64,000 nt of DNA, from the IMG/VR virus record IMGVR_UViG_3300026077_000001. The stretch is one strand, 5' to 3'. This DNA comes from a virus (taxonomy: Duplodnaviria; Caudoviricetes). Numbering within the stretch: the first letter of the stretch is position 1; each line of letters begins with the position of its first letter. Below, in pieces: positions 48,501 through 60,500 of this stretch. The position numbers and the translations under genes were made by a program. Below the pieces are notes generated by a model. That model saw nothing but the letters and a program-made list of their open reading frames with translations, did no database searches and was not told the origin of the DNA.

Positions 48501-51500
48501 AAGTTTGGGATATTGCTAATACTTACGTTCAAGGTAACACTGTATATCACGTTGATGGTGCTGAAGCTCAAACAGTTTGGGCAATGAATAAAGCACGAGA
48601 CTTAGCACTCCAGTGCATAAGAATGGAGGATATTGATACTTCATTTACTACATTACAGCAGTGGAGAGACTTAACTGTTACTGGTGAGTATAGTGTAACT
48701 GATAATAGTCACGCTGATGCTAGAGCACTATTACTTGCTAACAAGTGGTATATCGCTCACGAAGCATTGTATTATGCTAAACAACAGAATCCTGGTTATA
48801 CAGTATCTGGTGGTGACTCACATTGCTTGTCAGATATAGTTGATGTTGTTGAAGCAATTGCATATAACACTGCTGTTGGTGGTAATGACTTTGTTTGGGA
48901 AGCAACAGATCGTATTCTTCATTATGGTACTGTAACTGGTGATATCGATACTATGGTAGATGCCTTTACTAAGGCAAGAGATATAGCAATTAATGTTCAG
49001 AGGAACGTTGTATATGCCAAGCAAGATACTTCACACGGTTGGACACAATTTACTGATAGTGGTATTACTGCTGATGGTGCATCTCCTGCTTGTCAGGCAC
49101 CTGCTGCAACAATAACCACCCTAGCGAATATTCTGATTAATGCCCTAGGTACTACTGCATCACCTGGAACTAGAGCAGCATTCCAAGCTGGAACAACGAA
49201 GACTGAACCATCTACTGCTTTGATGGCAAATCCTTCTACAACTGCTTGTGTAAACGTAACATCTGCTATTACTAATTACTTTGCAATTATCACTGATTCA
49301 TTACAGGATCCAACTGGTGCTGCACCTGGAACTTATCCTTGGTCTATTTCAAATGTAACTAGAGTTGCACCTCCATATTCATTCAGTGATTCTGAGACAC
49401 TTAAGTCTATTAAGCACGCTTATAAAGATAAGTCTTCTGGTGGATTCTTTGTCTTCGGTGAAATTGTTAAAGGTATAACATCTGGATCTACTGCTGAGAT
49501 CATTGGTTCTAATGCAGGTAATAAGTGGATCTATAGTAAACAACCTTCAGGAGCATTCAATGATGGAGAATACATTACTAATAGTCTTTTAGTTAATACT
49601 AACGTAACTGTAGATAATTTAGATTATGCTGCTGGTGCTGGATCTCTTGAATTTAATGGTAGTGCATATCTAACACATCCATCTACTGAGAAAGTTGCAT
49701 TTGGTGATGGATCTATTCCTGATGGTAACTTCACTATAGAATTATGGGTTAAAGCAACAGGTGTTAGTGGTAACCAAACATTATTAGATTTCCGTACTTC
49801 AACTGGTGATACAAGTTCTGCTTACTTGATTATGGTCAATAACACTGTTCGTTGGAACACTGGTAATGTTGACAGAATAACATCAAGTGCAAATCTAGCA
49901 GCAAATACTTGGACTCATATCGCTATCGTAAGAAATAGTGGTGCTACAAATATGTACGTTGGTGGTACTAAGCAAACCACAACTTATACTGATAACACCA
50001 ATTATGGCAATATGCCAGTTAAGATTGGTGCTAATGCTGCTAATGCTCAAGCATTTACAGGTAATATGGAGAACCTAATGATTAAGTTAGGTTCTACTGC
50101 TGTTGATTATACTAGCGACTTTACTCCTAGTGGAACTTATGATGATACAGATATAAATCTTAAGTTTGGATTTAATGGTGAAGCACCTATTCCTATTATT
50201 AAGGGTGAAATTTATGCTACATTCCAACAAACTATAACTTCTACTGCTACTGCTGAGGGTGTAGAACTATGGCGTGATGAGATTATGACTGAGGGAGTTG
50301 ATCTTTCTCGTGATGATTATGTTGATTGTGCAGATATTATTGACAAGAACAAGTACTGGATTGCTGAAGAAGCAGTCGGTAGAATGAAGGCTATGTATCC
50401 TGACTTTGTGATACCTGGTGATACTGGTACTTCAGATCAAGGTACACAAACTTGCTTAAGAGATACTTATGAATACATTATACCTGCTATCGTTAATGAT
50501 CTAAGGTATGGTGGTAACTTTAATAGTATCGTTGCTGCAAGAGGATATCTTGCTAACCAAGAAGGACAATTAGCACACGTTAACGGAGAATTGCTTCAAT
50601 CCATCTATGCTTGGAGAGAAGTTGGTAAACTTTGCAATACTGTTATTACTGCTAATGCTGATGACCTAACTGGTGAGCATACAACACGTATTCGTATTCC
50701 TAACTACTTCTCATCTCCTGCAGCTGCTGGTATACAGACCTTTATTACTGATCTAGTAGATAGTTTACTATTAGTTCTTGGTCCTACAGGTAATAGATTT
50801 AGAGATGGTGCTGATTTACTATACTTCAACCGTAAGTGTATCGCTGATGAAGTTGCTTTCTGGTTAGAAGAACAGTATAACGTAACTATTAACTTCATTC
50901 AGGAAGATAAGTTTGACATTCCTGGTGGTACTCCAGGTCGTGATAAGTGTGTTCGTGACCTTAGAGATCATATTATACCTGCTATTGCTGGTGACTTATT
51001 AACTGGTGGTAATGCTAACGTTCAAGGTATTATTGATCAATACTTAGATTCTACAGGTAAGATCATTCAAGTTGAAGAAGAATTACTTCCAATGCTTGAT
51101 GCAATTGGTTACTCTAAGATGTTGATGGAGAAGGCACTACAGAATGCTTTAGTTGGACGTAGTGAAAACCTTGCAAATCTTGCTGGTACAACTGCTCAAA
51201 CTATTGACGACTTCTTCCAATTCCAATATACAGATTTCGCTGCATTCCGTAAGGATCAGGCAACTGAACCTACCTTCTTACACGATCCTCAAATCTATGC
51301 AGGTTCTCAGAGAGCATTAGATGCTGCTGATATGCTTGAAACTAATAAGCGTGCTATTGCAGGTGAAGCAGTTGATCTTATGCTTAAGTGTTCTGCATTT
51401 AAACATTATCACTTCAGTGTTAAAGGTGGTAAGAATCATTGTGAAGATGATATTGTTGACGTTATCGAAGCTATCATTCACGACCTTAGATTCAATTCTA

Positions 51501-54500
51501 ACTCTGCAACTTATGATGCAGCGATGTTATATCTGAATACTGAGAATGGACTGAAGCACGTTACTGATGAGACTGAAGAAACTGCCTTTGCTATGAAGAT
51601 GGCTAGGGATATGTCTGCTTTGGCGATCCAGAACAAGTTAGGGTTTAATCCCTACCCTGATTATTCTGCAGGTGGTGGAGCTGGTGGCGGTCAAGGTGGC
51701 GGTGGCGGCTTCGGTGGAGGTGGCGGTGGTCAAGGTGGTAACCAAGGTGGCGGTGGTGCAGCACGTGGTGATTATGATAATAATGAGTCTGGTAATAAGG
51801 CATATAACGCTGCTGATGAAATTAGAAATAACTTAAGATTTATTGCTTCTACTGCTGTTGGTCGTGGTGTTTCTCAGTACCCATCATTAGGATTTGGTGG
51901 ATATGGTTATCAGTCTTGTGTTGATGATTGTGTTGATATTTTAGAAGCATTGATATTCAACTTATCACACGGTGGTAATAACAAGATGTGGTATGCCACT
52001 GAGTTCTATGTTACTGATGCTAATGCTGTTCAGCATATCAATGGTCAACCAAATGAAGTTAAGTATGTATTTGAACAAGCAAGAGATATTGCTATTCAAG
52101 TAATGAGACAACAGTTAGTTGCTACTAATGGTTATACAGAAGGTGATCCAGTATATGATGATGAAATTACTATCGATCAACAAACTGCATCTGGTCAACA
52201 TACTCCAACAGCAGCAACTTATGATCCTGCAACTGGTGATTTAGTTTTAACTTTAGGTGCATCACACAATGTAACTACTAACGATACAATTAGAATTAAT
52301 ACAAATTCACTTGTATTCACTTGTGATCAAGATGATCATCAGACTCAACATACTTATCCAAGAATTTCCGACCCAGCAGCTGTTGCTTTACTACCCGTCA
52401 CGAACGTAAGTGGTAACGATATTACAGTCAATGTTGGTATAACAGAGAGAGTTAACTTTGATGCTAAAGATTCTACTTATGATCCTGAAACAGGTCTATT
52501 AACTCTTGATATTGGATCTCATAGTTTAAGAGAAGGTCAAACACTTAAGATTCTTCAGGATGAATTAAATTATCGTTGTTCTCAGGATAATTATAGATCT
52601 ATTCATAAGTATCCTCGTGCTACTGATCCAGCAGTTGATAAAGCATTAGATATCGTTTCAGTTGGAACAACTCACCATACAGCAACTTGGGCAGACTTCA
52701 ACCCTGTTACTGGTATGTTGAATGTTACCGTTCCTAATCACGGATTTAAGAATGGTGACAAGATTAGACTTGCTAACGATTCTATGACATTCACTTGTGA
52801 TATGGATGAGCATTACAGCAAGAAAACATATCCAAGACTGTCTGATCCTGCTAGTGGACGTTTCCTACCAATCTCAAACGTAACTAAGAATACTTTTGGG
52901 ATGAGTATTGGTAAGACTCCTATCAAATACTTCACACCATCTCAAGCAAACTATGATCCTGAAACAGGTGGTTTAGAACTCATACTTGGTGTACACGGTT
53001 TAACAACTGGTACTCATATTAAGTTAGCACCTAACTCCTTAACATTTACTTGTAAGGAAGATGATGATGCTACCTTCCACACATATCCAAGAGCTCAAAC
53101 AACTACTGTTACTCCATCTGATGCTTCTTACAATCCTGTTAATGGTCACTTAACTGTTACTGTTGCTAACCACGGATTCAAAGTTGGTGAAATGGTTCAC
53201 GTTGAGAAGAACGGAATTGTGATGACTTGTGATATGGACGGAAATGCTTCTGAGCATCCATATCCAAGACAAGATGACCCTGCAAACAATTCTTGGATGA
53301 GAATTGAAGCAGTATCTACAAATACATTTACCTTTAAAGTTGGTGAATCACCTAAAGTAAGTTTCACACCAACAGCAGTGGATTACACCCCTACTACTGG
53401 TGATATGAAGATGACCATTGGTAATCATAGTCTTACTGCAGGAACTGCACTTAAGATTGCTGAAGGTGGTATTACATTTACTTGTGCACAAGATAGTCAT
53501 CAAACTCTTCACCCTTATCCTAGAAATACAACTTATACAGTATCTGACATTAATAACGGTTCTTATGATCCTGAAACAGGAATAATGACCGTTACAACTG
53601 CTGCTAATCACGGTCTTCAGGATGGTGATAAAGTTAAGTTTGCTGATGGTGCTATTACATTTACTTGTTCTATGGACGGTAATGGTTCTAACCATCCATA
53701 TCCAAGATCAACTGACCCTGCATCTGGTAAGTGGTTAGAGATTGATGTAACTGGTAATACAACATTTACTGTTAATGTTGGTAAGACTCCTACTGTTGGA
53801 TTTGCTCCAACAATGGTTGATTACAATCCAACAACAGGTTTAATGACATTGACCATTGGACAGGGACATAATTTATCTGTTGGTCAATCTGTAAGGTTCT
53901 CTCAGAATTCACTTACATTCAAATGTGCCTTTGATAATTATGCTACTGATCACTCATATCCTCGTGCTTCAGGTCAAGGTGGTGCTACTCAAGATGACCC
54001 ATTCTATGATACTGCTTGTGCAATTACTCAGACTACAGCAGACACAATTACAGTTCAAGTTCTAAGTTCACAACCATCTACTAACACAACTGCTCATACT
54101 TGGCAGGCTCCTACTAAGTTAACTCCAACTGGAGCATCATATAACCCATCAACAGGTGTTATGTCTCTTACTGTTACTGGACACGGTATGGTAAATGGAG
54201 ATCATATTAAAGTTGATGATAATTTTGTAACCTTTACTTGTGGTCAAGATAGTGATCAAACTAATCACTCATATCCAAGACCAAAAGATCCTGTATCTAA
54301 TAAGTTTATTCCTATCACATACATTGATGCTAATACCTTTAGTATTCAAGTTCTAGAGAATGTACCTTCAACCAATACTACAACTCACAACTTTGTAAGT
54401 GCTGTTGCTAATAGTATTGAGAGATGTGTTGTAAGAGCTGGTGGTATTTACACACACGCTTATGTTTCTTCAACTGCTGGTTCTCTAACTGCTAAGAAAG

Positions 54501-57500
54501 ACCAAACATACGATTCATCAGTTAACATTAAGTACGAAGGTACTCCAATGACTGCTGCAAGTGGTACTACTTACAGTGGAACTACAGGTATTCTTGAGGT
54601 AACAACATCTGCTAATCACGGATTAGTTGTTGGAGATTATGTTAAGTTAAGAGATGGTGCAGTAACCTTTACTTGCTTAGAAGATAGTAATTCTTCTAAC
54701 CATCCTTATCCAAGAGCAACTGATCCAATTAGTGATAAGTGGATTAGAGTTATGACTGTTCCAAATGCAACTACATTTAGTGTACAAGTATTAGATGCTA
54801 TTCCATCTTCAAATACTACAACTCACACATTTGTTTCTGGTCTATCTAACGGAATTATTAAAAAGGATGATACTATTACAGTTAATGTTGGTATCTCTTC
54901 TAATACAACTGCTCATATCTTTAAGGAAGCAGTACCTGCTTGTATAACAACAGGTGGTAACTACACTCACACATTCGTTCGTGCTGAAACTAATTGTATT
55001 ATTAAGTCTAAAGACCCTGTATATGGTAACTCTTTAGAAATTACAGGTACAACTGCTACTTCTATTACTCTAAACGTTTTACCAGTTGTTCCATCTACTA
55101 ACGTAACTCAGCATACATTTATATCTGCCACAAATAATTGTGTAACTACTGGTGGTAATTACAGTCATAAGTTTATTTCTGCTGAGAAGGATGGTGTAGA
55201 ACTAGAATCTGGTTCTGTTACTGTTAACGTTGGTACAACACCTGCTGTATTCTATAGCGTTGGTGATGCTAATTATGATGGCGAAACTGGCGATATGATG
55301 ATTAAGGTTGGTGCTCATAAGTTAATCGATGGTACTACTATTAAGATTGCAGATGAAGCATTAACATTCACCTGTGATATGGATAGTCACGCTTCAGAGC
55401 ACGTTTATCCACGTCTAACTGACCCTGCTAGAAACACTGCTTTAAAAATAAAAGAGTCAAGTTCTAACTCTCATACTATTACTGGTGCAACTTATACTCC
55501 TACAAGTGGTGTATTAACTGCAACTATTAATAATCACGGATTCCAGTCTAAGCGTACAATATCTCCAACCTTTGCTAAGTTCGATCCAGCAACAGGTGAT
55601 TTGGAAGTTTATTCTGCAGACAACAGACTTGCTGTTGGTGATAGTGTAATGATCGATGATGGTGCTATTACATTCAGATGTTCTAAAGACCAATACAGTT
55701 CAACTCACCCATATCCAAGATCAACTGACCCTGCATCAGGAACTTACTTAATAGTTAAGAAAGCATCTAGAAATAGATTCACAGTTAATGTTGGATCAAA
55801 TGCTTTAGGTGGTGCTATCTCTGATCAGAGTATTCACGTATTCGAAGCATCTAATGGTAATAGTATTCACGTTGCTCCTACTTTAGTTAAGTTTGATCTT
55901 AATTCAATTACATTCAATTGTACTAAGGATAGCAACGCTACTAACCACACATATCCAAGAGCAGATGATCCAGAAGCAGGACATTGGTTAGAAGTTCTAT
56001 CAACACCTGATGCCAATACATTCACCTGTAATGTTGGTATTGCTGGTGGTGGTAACTTTGCCCATACATTTGTTGGTGCTACTGCTGGTGGATTAAAAGA
56101 ACAGACTGGATGGGTTACTGTTAACGTTGGTGCTACTCCTTCAACTGGACATACAGTTTCTACTGCTAACTTCAACGCAATTACAGGTACAATGGTACTT
56201 GGTATAGGTAACCATTACTTTAACAAGCACGACAATATTAGAATTTCACCTGATTCATTAACATTTACTTGTGGATTAGATAGCAACCAGACAAATCATA
56301 CTTATCCAAGAGCAAATACTGTAGTAACTCAACCAACAGCAGCATCATATGATCCTGAAACTGGATATATGCTTCTAACATTGAACAACCACGGATACTC
56401 TAATGGAGACTTCGTTAAGTTTGAGTTAAATGCATTTACATTTACTTGCACAATGGATAACAATGGTTCAAGCCACACATATCCACGTGCTACTGATCCT
56501 ACTTACGGTAAGTGGTTACCAGTAGAGGATGTACAAGCAAATACATTTAAAGTTCAAGTTGGTAAAACACCAACTACAGGATTTGAACCTATCTCTGTAA
56601 GTTACAACCCAACTTCAGGTGTTATGGAGATGGAGATTGGTGAGCACGAATTTACTACTAATCATAAGATTCGTATCGCTGCTAACTCATTAAACTTCAG
56701 ATGTGCTCAGGATAATTATCAAACAGATCACTTATATCCACGTATCGGAGATCCTACTTATCAGTCATCTGTTCCTATTATTGCAACAACACCTACTACA
56801 ATTTCTGTACAGGTTCTTGCTTCACAACCTTCTACAAACACTACAACTCATCAGTTTGTACAGCAAGTAGGTAAGACACCAACTGATATTAATTACAATC
56901 CTATTACAGGTGTTATGACTGTGACTATTGCTAATCACGGTTATAACGATGGTGATATGATCAAGATCGCTGAGAACTCACTCACATTCACTTGTGATAA
57001 AGATAGTCACGCTAGTGATCACGTTTATCCAAGAAGAACAGATCCATTCTGGGATAAGTGGATGGTAATTGATACTGTTACTCAGGATACCTTCAATGTT
57101 AAGGTTCTTGAGACTGCACCTTCTACAAATACTTCAACACATATCTTTAAGTCTTGTACTGCTAATTGCATAACAAGATCTGCAATCAGAGGTGGTGGTA
57201 TTTACACACATACCAATACTGGAATTGCTTCTGGAGGTATGATCCATAAGAAGGATCCATTCTATCAGCGTGGAATTAACATTGATCAAGTTGGATACAC
57301 TACTCATACTGTAACCAATGCTAAGTATAACCCCAATACTGGTGTGATGAATCTCACCATACCGAATCACGGGTTTACTACCTCTCTCCAAAAGACAGTA
57401 ACTGGTGCTACTTACGATGTAACAACCAGTATGTTAAGGATAACAAGTGCTGCTCACGGAATGAAGAATGGTGACAGAGTAAGAATTGCTGATAATTCTA

Positions 57501-60500
57501 TTACATTCACTTGTGCTCAAGATGGTAATGCTACAAACCATTCTTATCCAAGACCAAGTGATCCTGCATCTCAACGTTTCTTAGTTGTTACTAACGCAAG
57601 TACCAATACATTTGAAGTTAACGTTGGTAATTTCTTCGGTAGAGGTCCAATTTCTAACCAGACTGCTCATACATTTGTATCTGCAACTACTGGTGGACTT
57701 GAAGTTGCAAGAGATAGTATTAAGATGGCTGAAAATTCCATCACATTTACTTGTGCTAGAGATGATAATGAAACACTTCACTCATATCCAAGAGAAAATG
57801 ATCCTTCATATGATGAGTATCTACCAATTTCTAATGTAGGTACAAACGATTTTGATGTATATGTAGGACACGCTAACCTTGATAAGACAGTTCATCAGTT
57901 TGTATCTGCTACTTCTAATGGTATTCATCATCTTGATGGAACAATTACAATCAACGTTGGTATTTCTTCTAACACTACAACTCATAACTTCGTCAATCAA
58001 CAGACAACTTGGACACCTAGCAGTGCTGCATACAACCCAACAACAGGTGTTATTACGTTAACTGTTAATAATCATAAGTTCTATGAAGGTGAGTACATTT
58101 ATCTTGCTGATAATGCAGTAACTTTCCGTTGTGATCAAGATGGTCAAGCATCTGACCACGCTTATCCACGTAGTACTGACCCTGCATCTGGAAGAATGCT
58201 TCGCATTTCTAACGTAACTACTAACACATTTGATGTGAAGGTATTAGATGTAACTCCTTCTACAAACACTACAACTCACGTATTCCAGTCTGCTGCTGCT
58301 AATTCAATCACCAAACCTCAAGTACTTGGTGGTGGAGTTTATGAGCACAAGTATGTAAGTTCTAAGGGAATGGCAGTACGTAGTGGTGGACTTTATACAC
58401 ACGTATTTGAAGGACCAACTAAGAAGACAGTAACTAATGCTTCATACTTACCTGCTACAGGTATTATGACAGTTACAGTTCCTGATCACGGATGGAGTAA
58501 TGGTGATGGAATTATCCTTGATGATTATTCATTAGTCTTTACTTGCTTAGAAGATAGTAACAATACTGAGCACCCATATCCACGTCCAACTGATCCATTC
58601 AGTAATAGAGTTATGACGATTTCTAACGTCACAACTGACACATTTACTGTACAGGTTCTAGCATCTGCTCCTTCTACTAACACTACAACTCATACATTTG
58701 TGAGTGCTACTACTCACGGAATTAGAAGAGCAGCAGTACACACTGGTGGTGCTTATGCTCATACCTTCATTAGTTCTCAGAGTAATGCTGTTACCTCATT
58801 TACAGGTGGTGGTGCTGCACGTTGTAGCAATGAAGCATCTGCTATTACTACATTGATGAATATTCCTATCAATCTGTTTGGTTCTGGTGTTAGTAATCCT
58901 GATGCATACATTGGTGGTATTACAAGAACTCTACCAGGCGAATGGCCACTAACAGGTGAACGTGCTGCAATTCGTGATTTAACAATCACTTATGACTCTG
59001 CTGGTAATGGTGAGTGTGCTGTTGTTGGATCTCAAATAATGCAGTTATTTAATTATCCAATTAATGTTATTGACACTGCTGCTCAAGGTAATGGTAATTG
59101 GTTTACTAATCAATCTGTCTTTAGACAGGCTCCACTTCAAAATAATACATTACAATCTGGTGGTGGTATTTGTTATAACGTAGTATCTGCTTCTAATACA
59201 TTAGCAGATATGATTAATATGACACTTGGTCGTGCACCTGAAATGTATCGTCAGGCAGCAAGATTGATATGGTTCAATGATCAGTATATTGATCGTGAAT
59301 CATATTACAAGACTATGCAAAATTATGGTGGATATACAGGAGACGAATCATTCGCAACTAATATCCGTAAAGCATTGATATATGACTTAATTACTGATGG
59401 TAATATCAAAACTCTCGAATTAGTTAACAGTTGGTTTGATGCCGAGGGTAACTTCATAGCGTTCCCTAATATCTTCAGAACATATCTGTTGTATCATACT
59501 GCTGCTGTTAAAGATATGACACTTAAAGTTCTTCAACAAAAAGCAGATAATCCTGGTCCTTATAACCAAGAGGTACCATATGAGAATCGAGAACTACGTC
59601 CTACTGAAACAGCACAACATAAGGTTTGGCAGTTATTCCACTTAATTGAAGTTGCACTTGAGAGATCAACTCTACCTACAGCTTACCTTAAGTTCCAATT
59701 TAATGTTGGAACTATGGTTAATACTGATGGTTCTATTGATGCTCCTAATGGACATTTATTCCAAGCATATGATCGTGTTACTTACACAGTTCTAGGTTCT
59801 GCTATTGCTGAACTAGACAGGCAAGTATATTTCATTCACCCAGATACTACTGAAAATCTAATATGGATTTCAGAATACATTGATGGTGATAAGATTGAAT
59901 TATTATCTCCAGGAACAGCAGGTCAAGTTCATACATTATCTGTAGTTGATGAGACTGGTATACATCGTACTCCATCAACATTTGGTGAGCGTAATGTACC
60001 AACACCTATTTCTGGTGGTATACAACCTGCAGATATATTCTTCGGTGATACTACTGGTGCATATGCTGAAGTTATTAGAATACAAGATAACTGGGCTAAG
60101 GTTCTTTATAATGTCATTTACTTACCACTTACAGTTACTAGCGATCCTGAAGTATTTGTTAATGGTGAGGAAGTTGTTAAGACTGGTGCTACAGGAAATA
60201 AAGGAACCATCCTTGCAACAGATAATTCTACTTACATTAAGTTAGTTCTTACTGGTGGTAACATTGTACAAGGAGATAATATTGAAGGATTAACATCTGG
60301 TGCTCAAGGTACTGTTAGTGATGCTACCCATAAGCGTATATTAGTTAACTTTAGAATGGGTGAATTTATTGCAACTGATCTATTATTCAGTAAGCAAGAT
60401 TCTGGTAGAGCAAATGCACTTATCGTACGTAATAATGATGGTGCTCTACTTGATAACCAGTCAGGTCGTGTAACATTTGATATTGAGACTGTTACTGGTA

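Noticed and set aside
38156-60245. Numerous 60-125 aa ORFs overlapping the giant gene on both strands
   Set aside because: They have atypical composition (Leu/Ile-rich off-frame translations) and no promoters or RBS seen.
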